Part shown: piece by piece, positions 29,851 through 39,401 of the stretch
How positions within the stretch are numbered: the first letter of the stretch is position 1
Layout of the letters: every line of letters starts with the position of its first letter
Source: an uncultured Fibrobacterota bacterium
GTDB taxonomy: Bacteria; Fibrobacterota; Chitinivibrionia; Chitinivibrionales; FEN-1185
Assembly (NCBI GenBank): GCA_963729895.1
Contig: CAVSQB010000012.1
Location: forward strand, 32,001-96,000
DNA length: 64,000 nucleotides
Direction: 5' to 3'
Program-made: the position numbers and the translations under genes
The notes under the pieces: model-generated
What the model was told of the DNA's origin: nothing
Seen by the model: the letters and a program-made list of their open reading frames with translations, nothing else
Databases searched by the model: none

Positions 29851-30894
29851 ATGGCCCGTTTGAAAACCATCGAATGGATCAACGACTGTGCGCGCATAAT
29901 CGACCAGACCCTCCTTCCGAAATCGCTGGTGTACAGGGATATTCGAACATCGGAGGAAATGTACGAGGCCATAAAAGTTCTTCGCGTTAGGGGAGCGCCC
30001 GCCATCGGCGTCGCTGCCGCGTTCGGGCTTTACCTGGGAATACGGGACATTTCTAACGCAGCTTCAACTGATGCTTTTACGGCGGAACTCGACACGCAGG
30101 CGCGGCGCCTCATCTCCTCGCGTCCGACGGCGGTCAACCTGCCATGGGCAATACGCCGAATGGTTGATTTTACAGAGTCTCTTGGTGATGCGGGCGTTGC
30201 GGAGAAGAAAAGCAGGATGCTTGACGAAGCGAAAAAGATTCTGGAGGAAGACAGGCGCATGTGCCGTGCAATAGGGAAGAACGGTCTTGAGCTTCTCAGG
30301 AACTGCAAGGCGATACTCACTCATTGCAACGCCGGCGGGCTTGCAACGAGCGAATTCGGAACAGCCCTTGCCCCGATCTATCTGGCGCAGGAAAATGGAA
30401 TGAGTATCCATGTGTTTGCAGACGAAACCAGGCCGCTGTTGCAGGGCTCCCGCATAACCGCCTTCGAGCTGATGGCTGCCGGAATTCCGGTTACCGTGAT
30501 ATGCGACAATATGGCGGCCACGGTCATGGCGCGGGGCATGGTTGACGCGGTGGTTGTCGGCGCGGACAGAATTGCGTCCAACGGCGACACGGCAAATAAG
30601 ATCGGCACCTACGGAGTGGCCTTGCTGGCAAAAGCGCACCGCATTCCGTTCTATGTGGCGGCTCCTTCTTCCACCTTCGACCTGTCCCTTCCAAGCGGGA
30701 ATGCGATCCCTATTGAGGAACGTCCGGCCAGGGAGATTACTTGCGGGTTCGGAACACAAACTGCTCCGGAGAACGTGTCGGTGTTCAACCCTGCATTCGA
30801 CGTCACGCCTGGTGCTCTTGTTACGGCAATTGTCACCGACAAAGGGATCATTCTTCCCCCGTTCATGGAATCTATCGCCCGAGTGCTCGCCTGA
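29851..30894 (+). CDS. mtnA: S-methyl-5-thioribose-1-phosphate isomerase
   Basis: IDQTLLP, VRGAPAIG, RPTAVNL, LTHCNAGGLAT, ETRPLLQGSR, GADRI, ANKIGTY, NPAFDVTP; RBS AAGGAG. Confidence 0.95.
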   Translation: MARLKTIEWINDCARIIDQTLLPKSLVYRDIRTSEEMYEAIKVLRVRGAPAIGVAAAFGLYLGIRDISNAASTDAFTAELDTQARRLISSRPTAVNLPWAIRRMVDFTESLGDAGVAEKKSRMLDEAKKILEEDRRMCRAIGKNGLELLRNCKAILTHCNAGGLATSEFGTALAPIYLAQENGMSIHVFADETRPLLQGSRITAFELMAAGIPVTVICDNMAATVMARGMVDAVVVGADRIASNGDTANKIGTYGVALLAKAHRIPFYVAAPSSTFDLSLPSGNAIPIEERPAREITCGFGTQTAPENVSVFNPAFDVTPGALVTAIVTDKGIILPPFMESIARVLA

Positions 30895-30899
30895 GCCCC

Positions 30900-31151
30900 A
30901 TGCAGTACGGAATTGTCAAGTGGTTCAACGAGGGGCAAGGGCGGGGAGTAATAATCTCCGACAGCGGCGCTGCAGAACTTGCCGTCGGCGGTTCCGACAT
31001 TTTGGGCGAGGGATTCAAGGTTCTTGAAGAAGGCCAGCGGGTGAGCTTTGACGTTGTGAAAACCTCAAGGGGACTTTCGGCAACGAGGGTGAGCACGTTG
31101 GACGGCAAAGCGCGCCGAGCGCTCGATCAGGCTCCCCTTAACAACGCGTAA
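30900..31151 (+). CDS. Cold-shock domain protein with degenerate RNA-binding motifs
   Basis: GIVKWFN, GFKVLEEGQRVSF, RGLSATRV; ATG 5 nt after the mtnA stop. Confidence 0.8.
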   Translation: MQYGIVKWFNEGQGRGVIISDSGAAELAVGGSDILGEGFKVLEEGQRVSFDVVKTSRGLSATRVSTLDGKARRALDQAPLNNA

Positions 31152-31996
31152 TTCTTCCGAAACTTCCACATCGGCGTCCCTTTTGCAAAATTCGGCATTA
31201 AATATCCGCGCGCCACGGCATTAGACCATCTCGGCTGACGTAGAGCCCTCTCCCAGATGTCCTGCACGGAATCGAACGAGTATATCCCCCAGAGCCGGAG
31301 CACTCCCTGTTCGTTACGCACGCAATTGGCGTAGGACGTGGCTGCGGTATAGCCCAGGCTGCGCGCCATGCGCCAAACGCGCCTGTTCCACTGTCCAAAG
31401 GGGAAAGAAAGACTCGACACGGGTTTGCCCGTAATGTCTTCCAGAATACTTTTCGAACGAGAGAGTTCTTCTGCGAGGTCGGTGTCGCCAAGCAACGTGA
31501 GGTTTGCGTGGCTCATAGTGTGGCTGCCGATCTCGTGCCCGAGTGCGGCGATTTCCCGGACCTGTTCTTTTGTCAAATGGGCCTGGGGCGGCAACGTGTC
31601 CCATGTTGAGGCCCGGCCCAGAAATCCTGCAACGGGGAACACGGTTGCCTTGATAGTGTGCCTGGACAAAAGTGGAAGCGCACGGGAGTAGAAACTCTCA
31701 AATCCGTCGTCAAAGGTCAAAACAATGGGCGTCCCGCTATCGGCATCGTGTCCCCGGCGGACCGCTTCACTCACGGTAGAGAAGGTACGGTTGTCATCGA
31801 CAAGCGTACCGAGTAGTGCGGCGAACTTGTCAGGAGAGTAATAGGAAAAGTGCGGCTCCTTTTTCTCCAACAGCGCATGAAGAAGAAGGCCAACGGGCCC
31901 CGGCCGAGGTTTTCTGCGTCCGAACAGCAGCACGGCGGCGGCTCCCACTCCAAGTGGAAACAACAACGCTATGGCTGAAACGCACATTGCCAGCAT
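31127..31996 (-). CDS. Polysaccharide deacetylase (CE4/NodB), membrane anchored
   Basis: LTFDDG, HEIGSHTMSH, SFPFG; hydrophobic N-terminus. Confidence 0.88.
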   Translation of the reverse strand: MLAMCVSAIALLFPLGVGAAAVLLFGRRKPRPGPVGLLLHALLEKKEPHFSYYSPDKFAALLGTLVDDNRTFSTVSEAVRRGHDADSGTPIVLTFDDGFESFYSRALPLLSRHTIKATVFPVAGFLGRASTWDTLPPQAHLTKEQVREIAALGHEIGSHTMSHANLTLLGDTDLAEELSRSKSILEDITGKPVSSLSFPFGQWNRRVWRMARSLGYTAATSYANCVRNEQGVLRLWGIYSFDSVQDIWERALRQPRWSNAVARGYLMPNFAKGTPMWKFRKNYALLRGA

Positions 31997-32153
31997 AAAA
32001 CAACCAGCACGGAAAAAGGAATGGCCTTCCCGAAAAGCAAACGGCCGCGTTGATTTGTGCCGTTAGTCAGAGCCGTCCTGCTTCGACTTCGCGGCCATAA
32101 ACACTTCTAAAAATGCTCGTTCAATGCAGCAGGAAATGAGTTCTTCCAACCGT

Positions 32154-33041
32154 TTAGGAATCACGCTTTGAACGGTTGAAGAAACGGGAAAAGAGCCCTT
32201 GTTCGCTCTTGTGCTTCTGAAGAGCCGCGCCTTCTCTGGCCTTGTTCTTCAGATAGTTCATGGAGGTGAAATAGAGATATTCGGTGTTGCTCGGCGGAGG
32301 AATTTTTCTCATTGCTGCTGCCATTGCGTTTCTAGAAAGTCCCGCCTCCACAAGTTCTTCTTCGCCGGCCCGTGGCGCGGCGGGCTGGGCGGTCTGTTGT
32401 TGAACGGGTGCATGTTCAAGTTGCTTGGTTTCGGGCGGTGGCGGAATGACCTGTTGCGTTTCCCGAGCGCGGTTCTTTCGACCGGCTGGGATTTTGTCCG
32501 GGGAGGCTGCCGGAGCGGCATTGCCGTCTGCAAACCCCTCGGCCCCGTGCGGCTGATCGAAAAACGAATTGAATCCCTGGTCCACATCGTCCTGGGAGAG
32601 CGACGGCATGGCAACCGGTCCCTGAAACAGGTTTTCCATGTTGCGCGTTATTGCCTCTAAAGCCCGCTGCAGCACGCCGGTATGGCGTTCAACACTCGAC
32701 GACACAGCTGCAATCGGTATCGCCTTGTCGAAAATGGTGGCAATGATCGTGTTGTCGTCAACGAGAGAAATGAGCAGATTCTTCGATTTCCCGCAGTGGG
32801 ACATTGTTGCGAATTCGTGTTCGCCAATAAGGCCTGCAATGGCCTGAGTGGACGCAAAACTGCCCACGACAAGGGCCGCAAGGGCAGACATGTCGAACAT
32901 CGCGAGCGTTCCCTGGTGGGCGAGAAGGCGAGTATCCTTGTTGATGAGGAGCGCCGAAAGAATCTTTGTCTCGCTTACAAGTGTCTGCAGGATGGAATTG
33001 AGCCTGTCGATGTCTTCTTTGTAAAGAATTACATCGCTCAT
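32154..33041 (-). CDS. mglB: MglB-like roadblock/LC7 protein with long C-terminal extension
   Basis: N-terminal roadblock fold (ALLINKD, LAALVVGSFASTQAIAGLIGEHEF, IFD); ATGA overlap with mglA. Confidence 0.82.
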   Translation of the reverse strand: MSDVILYKEDIDRLNSILQTLVSETKILSALLINKDTRLLAHQGTLAMFDMSALAALVVGSFASTQAIAGLIGEHEFATMSHCGKSKNLLISLVDDNTIIATIFDKAIPIAAVSSSVERHTGVLQRALEAITRNMENLFQGPVAMPSLSQDDVDQGFNSFFDQPHGAEGFADGNAAPAASPDKIPAGRKNRARETQQVIPPPPETKQLEHAPVQQQTAQPAAPRAGEEELVEAGLSRNAMAAAMRKIPPPSNTEYLYFTSMNYLKNKAREGAALQKHKSEQGLFSRFFNRSKRDS

Positions 33042-34432
33042 TGGGGTTTGTCTTTATTGAAAAATTTCGAAAGGAAACTACCCTGCGGCCTTGTCTTCGG
33101 ATTGACGGGGGGGCGTTTTGTTTTTTTTCGCTGGCCGGTATTGACCGACGTAAAATACAGGGGTTGTTCCCCGTCTGCCGGAGGCGCTTCCTGCGAATCC
33201 TCCGCGGCCTGGCGTGGAGGAAACTGCGGAATCTGATCATCGGTTTCGGGAAGGTCATAGACATCGTAGCTGCCCTTTTGAGGCGCAGGGAACGGGTTTT
33301 GCTGCTGCCGGGGACGAGGGGGAGGTGGCGGCGGCGGCGAGGCGGACTCCTGTTGCGGGGCTTGCGACGATTGCAACGAACGAAGCCTGCGTTGTTTTTC
33401 CTCTATTTCCTTTTGGTACTTTTCGATTTCGAGATCGAGATCTGTTTTGTCGACAGAAGGGGGCTGCGGGGCGGGTGCCGCTTTCGGGACAGCTGCTTCC
33501 GGCGCCATGGGTTCGAGGTTGATCGACCCATAGTCATAGTAATCGTTTCGGGGCGCCGCTTGCGGCTGTTGTTTGGGAGTTTGAGGGGGAACCGGAGGCA
33601 TTCGCGGAGCCTGCGCCTGTGGTCGCACCGGTTGCCCCTGTTGAGGGCCCTGAAAAATATCGTCTTGATATTGCGGAGCAGAAACCGGGCGCGGGGGCGG
33701 AACCGGAGCCTGCTGCATTCTCACCTGAGGCTGTGAGGGTGCATAGTAGGGATCGGCTGCAGGTCTCTGGGGTACTTGCTGCGGCGGGGGCGCCTGAACC
33801 TGGGGTCTTTGCGCCGGCTCCGGTGATTGCCCTGTTGCCGGCCTTGAATACTTCCTGTTGAGGCTGTCAATGACGATTTTGCCGATAATTTTCAGAGATT
33901 CGAACACGCCCTTTCCCTGATTTGCAACAGCCTCATTCCAGGGGTAGCCGAACTTGTTGAGTGCTTTTTCGAGGGCTTCGATGGGCAAGGCGTTCGGTAA
34001 GTCCCTCTTGTTATATTGAATGACAATTGGAATGCTGCCCTGTTTGATGCCGTATTCGGCAAGGTTGTCGTGCAGATTCTGGAAGCTTTCGAGGTTTTCC
34101 TGTGTTTTGTCTTGCGCCGAATCGGCCACAAATACTACGCCATCAACACCTCGCAGCACAAGCTTCCTCGTTGCGTTGTAGTAGACCTGGCCCGGAACGG
34201 TGTACAACTGGAATTTCGTTGAGAAGCCTTTGATTTTTCCTAAATCGAGCGGAAGAAAGTCGAAGAACAGGGTCCTGTCCGTTTCGGTTGCGAGCGAAAC
34301 CATGTCGCTTCTGTAATCGATTGGAATCTTTCGGTGGATTACCTGGAGGTTGGTTGTCTTGCCGCTCAACCCGGGGCCGTAGAAAACAATCTTCACACTT
34401 ATTTCCCTGATCGCGTAATTGATTGATGCCAT
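33038..34432 (-). CDS. mglA: MglA small Ras-like GTPase with about 270-aa Pro/Gln-rich extension
   Basis: INYAIREI, YGPGLSGKTTNL, ETDRTLFFDFLP, LYTVPGQVYY, GVDGVVFVADS, QYNKRDLP. Confidence 0.93.
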   Translation of the reverse strand: MASINYAIREISVKIVFYGPGLSGKTTNLQVIHRKIPIDYRSDMVSLATETDRTLFFDFLPLDLGKIKGFSTKFQLYTVPGQVYYNATRKLVLRGVDGVVFVADSAQDKTQENLESFQNLHDNLAEYGIKQGSIPIVIQYNKRDLPNALPIEALEKALNKFGYPWNEAVANQGKGVFESLKIIGKIVIDSLNRKYSRPATGQSPEPAQRPQVQAPPPQQVPQRPAADPYYAPSQPQVRMQQAPVPPPRPVSAPQYQDDIFQGPQQGQPVRPQAQAPRMPPVPPQTPKQQPQAAPRNDYYDYGSINLEPMAPEAAVPKAAPAPQPPSVDKTDLDLEIEKYQKEIEEKQRRLRSLQSSQAPQQESASPPPPPPPRPRQQQNPFPAPQKGSYDVYDLPETDDQIPQFPPRQAAEDSQEAPPADGEQPLYFTSVNTGQRKKTKRPPVNPKTRPQGSFLSKFFNKDKPQ

Positions 34433-34527
34433 TGAAGTATACCTCTCTTAAATCACAGGGCGAAAAAAAGAGTTCTTCGCGGGTCGATGCTCCACGTAAC
34501 CTGACCTAAACCCATATTTTAACATAA

Positions 34528-34556
34528 AATATAGTTCCCAAAGAAAGAATATGCAA
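34528..34556 (-). promoter_or_regulatory. Candidate sigma70 promoter of mglA-mglB
   Basis: Minus strand TTGCAT, 17 nt, TATATT, about 95 nt upstream of the mglA start. Confidence 0.5.
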
Positions 34557-34680
34557 GCAAAGACAGGGAAGTTTTCCCAAAATATCCGCATCAATATCCG
34601 GCACGATAATCATCGGAAACAAGAGATACTTTTCCGTCAAATGACAAATCGGACTCGGTACGGCGGCGGCAAACGAGGGG

Positions 34681-35751
34681 CTACTTTACCGCAGGCCCCC
34701 ATGGCTTTTGCCACGCCTGGGGCCCACGGTCTTCGGGACACAGCAGACCTTTTTTGACAAGAGCCGCCGTATTTGGCGGAGGATTTCCCGTAAGCGCCCG
34801 ATAGTACAATGATGCGATTGTTTCCTTTTGCGTGTTCCACTCGGCTCTTACTTCATTGACCGCCAGTTGCCTCGCTATGGTTGCGTTGCGAAACGACGGG
34901 ATCAAGCCAAGGTGCGACAGCGAAAACAGGGCAAGGGCCCAAATCAGAACAACGACAACAGATACCACTGCCGTCATACTGTTCGGCGCCGGTTTGCCCA
35001 GGGCGGACGCAAGCTGTTTTTCCTGGGGCCGGCTGACGGCGAGCGGCGCCACGACGGATTCGTGCCACAGGCTGAAAAGAGTTTCATACACGCGGTAGGG
35101 CAAAAGAATCGACTCTTTGCAGATGCCGCCCACGGTCGTTGTGCCGTTCACAAAAGACAATATATAACCGGAAACATCCGAAACCGGTGACGCGGGAGAC
35201 AAAAGGGCTTGAGGTTTTTGAACAACAGAGAACACGGTTTCATCACTGATGTGTTGTCGTATCCGTTTCCATTCGTCGGTTCGCCGCATCGCCTCCATGG
35301 TAATCGCATCGACGGGAAAGGTTACACCGCCGATGGCGTATTCGCGGATTCCATCGAGCGAATCAAACCGGTAGTTTCCCTGATCCCACAGAAACAAGCT
35401 GCAGGCAAGGTCTTCTATTCCCATTCGGGCAAACAGTGACAGCTCGCTTGCAGGAAGGTAATTCCTGTTTACTAATTCCTGAGAGAACTGTCCCATCTCG
35501 CCGTGGCATACTTGCAGCAGTTCGTTGAGTTCTTCCTCTGAGTACCGTTTCACCGACATAAGGTACCGGAACAGCAGCGTCTGCAGGTTATGTTCGTTGG
35601 TACCAGCGGCAACAACCGCTCCCTTTGAAAAAATGACGAATGCCTCTTTGTCTTGGTGAGAAAGAACAAGCTGCCCCGTTTTTGCGTCGCGGGATATGAG
35701 CTGGAAGATTTCCGCCAGCTCAAATTCGTGCAAACTTCCTCTGAGTGCCAT
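34681..35751 (-). CDS. DUF4388 (PATAN-like) domain membrane protein
   Basis: ALRGSLHEFELAEIFQLI, KTGQL, LFLWDQGNYRF, MEAMRRTDEW; TM helix and short exported tail. Confidence 0.85.
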   Translation of the reverse strand: MALRGSLHEFELAEIFQLISRDAKTGQLVLSHQDKEAFVIFSKGAVVAAGTNEHNLQTLLFRYLMSVKRYSEEELNELLQVCHGEMGQFSQELVNRNYLPASELSLFARMGIEDLACSLFLWDQGNYRFDSLDGIREYAIGGVTFPVDAITMEAMRRTDEWKRIRQHISDETVFSVVQKPQALLSPASPVSDVSGYILSFVNGTTTVGGICKESILLPYRVYETLFSLWHESVVAPLAVSRPQEKQLASALGKPAPNSMTAVVSVVVVLIWALALFSLSHLGLIPSFRNATIARQLAVNEVRAEWNTQKETIASLYYRALTGNPPPNTAALVKKGLLCPEDRGPQAWQKPWGPAVK

Positions 35752-35752
35752 G

Positions 35753-37891
35753 CTATTGACTCCGCTTCATAAGTACCGCGACACTTTTGACAATTGCGCG
35801 CACAGCAAATACCGCGCTGTAGCTGAACAGCACCGCATACAAAGGCACAAAAAGGCCGTGCACGGCCCATGCCGGGTATTCGAATGTCGCGGTAACCAGC
35901 GAAACGAGCGTTGCGTAGACCATCGACGTGGCCAGCAGAAGAGGCAGAGATTGATAAGCGGGAGCTCCCCGATATACGGTCCCGACGCCCGGGAAAACCA
36001 GGTTGAGCAGGATCGCCGCAATTGCATGTGAACGCCGCGACCTCACCTGAATCTTTGTCATGATTCGCTGGCGGATTTGTTCGTTGCGGATATGCTCAGT
36101 TGCATCGAAGCAGGTCCTGCATATACTGCCTCGCTTGCACTTCCGGCAGACGGGTGCTTGGCAGAGTTTGCAGGACGATACCTTTTTTATAAGGTCTTTC
36201 GACCAAACAGAAGCGTCCAGAATAAGAAGAAGCGCAAGCAGTGCACCCGAAAGGATCAGATACGCAATAAGAGGAACGCCGAAAAACAAGCCCCCGAACC
36301 GCTTGCTCGCGGTGTCCCACGTCCCGCTGTAGCTGGGAAACACGTTCTTCCAGAAATACGCAGGGGCAAAATCGGGGCAGATAAGCTGCCGAAGCGGCGG
36401 CCAGTCCTTGGAGAAGCACTCGTCGTTTTTCTTGATAAATGCGTCGACATATTCGGGATTGAGTCTCGTTGCCTGCGTGATGTACTCCATGCCCTTGGCG
36501 GTTTCCATTGAGTTAAAGTAGTACTGGCCCAGGTTGAAGTAGGCGGGTTCGTACTGAGGATAAAGCTGCACGCATTGCTGGTAGGCATTGCGCGCGCCAA
36601 CAAGGTCGCCGGAATAGTACAAGACATTCCCCGCCGCAACAATGACCGCCGGATCGTCGTGGGCGAGCATCTGAGCAACTTTTATATGAGGGAAGGCCGC
36701 CAAGGGAGACCCTTTCTTGCACAAATACAGGGCCGCTGCAGTGTGGGCGAGATAGTCTCCGCCCCCGTGCTGCGCACGGGCTGCGATGAGCGAGTCGAGC
36801 TGACTATAATATCCTTCGTCAACAGCTTTCTTATACGCCATGAGTGATCCGTTTGCCGAGAGCGCCTGGTCGAACATGTCGTTTAATTTGATTCCGAGGG
36901 GCACGAGGAGGAAGAGGACAAGTGCAACCTCTGCCAGGTGCTTGTCCTTTGCGCTGAAGCGCCGCCAGACCACAAAGAGGAAACACCAGACAAAAGGGAT
37001 GGCTCCCAAGAACAAAACGGAGCCGAATGCCCCGAGCGCAAGCAACAATTTGCCTTTGGAACTAAAAACGTCCGAAAACCGCTCTGCAGAAAGGTGAAGT
37101 GCGGGTGAAAGGTACTTTGCGCCGAGCCCGACAAGAATTCCCGCCACCACGAATTGCAGAACAAGAAAAAGCCAGGCGAACAGCGCCCTGAAGAATACGA
37201 TCTGGTTTTCCCATGATGCCAAGACTGCGCCTATGAGGTCGCGCGCCTGTGCAAACGTTTTTGGCAGATTGAATATGCCGTTCGACTCCAGCGCGAAAAC
37301 GGACGGCCACAGGCAACGCCTGTCGAACCGTTGCGCCCATGCCGCAAAAAATTCAGCGTCATTGGCATTTCCCCTGTTGTTCAAATAGGCGGATTTGTAA
37401 AGCAATTGCTGAACAATGACCGGGGCAGACAGTGCGCCCGAGGTAAGGAAGAGCAATTCGAGCTTCTTGAGGCATTTCTCTTCCCAGCCGACCATGCCGC
37501 ATCGATCGAATTCCATCGCGAGCACCCAGGCAAGCCCAGGGTCTTTTCCTGCAGCCGCAATCGCATGTGTGAAACAAGCAGAGGCAACGTCGGCATTGTC
37601 CTTTGCGGCAAACAACCCCTGCAGAAAGTAAGGCCAGGGTGATACCGTATCGGGGGAAAGCGGCCGGTAGTGATCGGACGAAAAGAAATCGCGCGGCATT
37701 TTTTGAAATGCCGCCGCGTCGATCCCGGCTTCACGGTAGGAACTGTCTCTGGAATCGAGGCCCGTGGCTATTTCGTGCTCCCAGAAGATGGGAGCCGCAT
37801 CGATTGATAATGAAATGAACAGGAGGAGGAATATCCCGTGTTGTGTCGGCAGCAAATGTGCGCCTCTTGAATGGGATCGAGCTGTGCTCAT
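35753..37891 (-). CDS. Multi-pass membrane TPR protein with a Cys6 zinc-finger-like motif
   Basis: Several TM segments; TPR-like AGNVLYYSGD...AYFNLGQYY...ATRLNP; CKLC..CRKC..CRTC. Start uncertain. Confidence 0.75.
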   Translation of the reverse strand: MSTARSHSRGAHLLPTQHGIFLLLFISLSIDAAPIFWEHEIATGLDSRDSSYREAGIDAAAFQKMPRDFFSSDHYRPLSPDTVSPWPYFLQGLFAAKDNADVASACFTHAIAAAGKDPGLAWVLAMEFDRCGMVGWEEKCLKKLELLFLTSGALSAPVIVQQLLYKSAYLNNRGNANDAEFFAAWAQRFDRRCLWPSVFALESNGIFNLPKTFAQARDLIGAVLASWENQIVFFRALFAWLFLVLQFVVAGILVGLGAKYLSPALHLSAERFSDVFSSKGKLLLALGAFGSVLFLGAIPFVWCFLFVVWRRFSAKDKHLAEVALVLFLLVPLGIKLNDMFDQALSANGSLMAYKKAVDEGYYSQLDSLIAARAQHGGGDYLAHTAAALYLCKKGSPLAAFPHIKVAQMLAHDDPAVIVAAGNVLYYSGDLVGARNAYQQCVQLYPQYEPAYFNLGQYYFNSMETAKGMEYITQATRLNPEYVDAFIKKNDECFSKDWPPLRQLICPDFAPAYFWKNVFPSYSGTWDTASKRFGGLFFGVPLIAYLILSGALLALLLILDASVWSKDLIKKVSSCKLCQAPVCRKCKRGSICRTCFDATEHIRNEQIRQRIMTKIQVRSRRSHAIAAILLNLVFPGVGTVYRGAPAYQSLPLLLATSMVYATLVSLVTATFEYPAWAVHGLFVPLYAVLFSYSAVFAVRAIVKSVAVLMKRSQ

Positions 37892-38105
37892 TGGGTCTTC
37901 ATGTCCGTAAACGCGTGCGGCAATATAGGTGCATTGACGGTTTGCGCAATGGCGCAAACCGGATACCTTCGGAAACAGGATACATACATTTTACATCCAT
38001 TGCAAGGAAAAAAGCAAATGTAATTACCGGAAAGTCCGGCACATTCTGGCAAACCTACATCACAAAATAAACAATGGTTTTGCCCGGATGGGCGCACGGT
38101 GGGAA

Positions 38106-39350
38106 TTATCCTTCTCCCCGAACAAGATCCTCGAATGTTTCCCGCTTGCGGACGACGGCGAATGTCGATCCGTCCACGAGAACTTCGCAGGCCCGCGGTC
38201 TCGAATTGTAGTTCGAAGACATGGAAAAGGCATAGGCGCCCGCGCTCCGGACGGCAAGGAGTGATCCCTGGATAATGCGGTCGATCGTGCGGTCCTTTGC
38301 AAAGAAATCAGCAGACTCGCACACCGGGCCGACGATATCGACCATGGTTTGCTGTGCGTCTTTCCGCTGCACGACAGGGACAACCGAATGGTACGCGTTG
38401 TACAGCGGCGGGCGGATAAGGTCGTTCATCCCGGCGTCGCAGATGTAAAATAACCTGGTCTGGGTCTGTTTCACGTAGGTGACCGCGGTCAACAGAACGC
38501 CCGCGTTGCCTACCACGAACCGGCCCGGTTCAACCACAAAGTCGCATTTCAGTCTTTCGGCATAGGGGGCCAGTAGACCCGCAAATTGGACGGGCGTGAA
38601 GGGAGATTCGTCTTTGTAAACAATACCGAATCCCCCGCCGATGTCTATGGTATGCACGTTGATGCCGACAGTATGCAGCTGAGTATAAAGATCGCTGAGC
38701 AGGTCTAACGCACGCCGGTAGGGCTCAAGCGACAAAATGGGCGAACCCAGATGAACGTCGATGCCGATCGGATTGATATGAGGCAAGGATTGTGACTTCT
38801 TGTATAGCTCAAGGGCCGCAGGAAAAGGAAGCCCAAACTTGTCTTCCTTTCTTGCCGTCGTGGTATAGTGGTGGGTGTTGGCGTCGATGTCGGGGTTGAC
38901 ACGAAGGGAAATAGACGCTATGGCATCCATCGATTTTGCAACATCGGACAAGGCGAAGAGTTCCGCTTCGGATTCGACATTGAACATGCCGATTCCGCTC
39001 TTCAGGGCGTAGCGGATTTCAGACGCGGTTTTTCCCACGCCCGAGTAAACGATTTTTCCGGGTGCAATGCCTGCCCTGAGCGCGCGGAACAATTCTCCGC
39101 CCGAAACAATGTCCGCGCCGATATCTTTCTGGGCCATGAGGCCGAGGATGGCAAGATTGGAGTTGGATTTGACGGAGAAACACACCTGAACGTCGATTGA
39201 TTCAAACGCCCCCAGCAGCAGTTCGAGATTGTTTATGATGCTCGCCTTGCTGTAGACGTATGCCGGTGTGCCGACATCGCGGGCGATTGCCGACAGCGCG
39301 ACATTTTCACAGTATAATTCTTCACCCACGAGATGAAAATTGTTCATCAT
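38106..39350 (-). CDS. lysA: Diaminopimelate decarboxylase
   Basis: SVKSN (PLP Lys), VSGGEL, SGVGK, LRVNP, KFG, HLGS, GGGFG, EPGR, GPVCESAD, GAY, SNYNSR. Confidence 0.96.
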   Translation of the reverse strand: MMNNFHLVGEELYCENVALSAIARDVGTPAYVYSKASIINNLELLLGAFESIDVQVCFSVKSNSNLAILGLMAQKDIGADIVSGGELFRALRAGIAPGKIVYSGVGKTASEIRYALKSGIGMFNVESEAELFALSDVAKSMDAIASISLRVNPDIDANTHHYTTTARKEDKFGLPFPAALELYKKSQSLPHINPIGIDVHLGSPILSLEPYRRALDLLSDLYTQLHTVGINVHTIDIGGGFGIVYKDESPFTPVQFAGLLAPYAERLKCDFVVEPGRFVVGNAGVLLTAVTYVKQTQTRLFYICDAGMNDLIRPPLYNAYHSVVPVVQRKDAQQTMVDIVGPVCESADFFAKDRTIDRIIQGSLLAVRSAGAYAFSMSSNYNSRPRACEVLVDGSTFAVVRKRETFEDLVRGEG

Positions 39351-39401
39351 CCATCCCTGGAAAATGACGACTTTGATCGAGGAGATGCGAGACGGGGCCT
39401 G

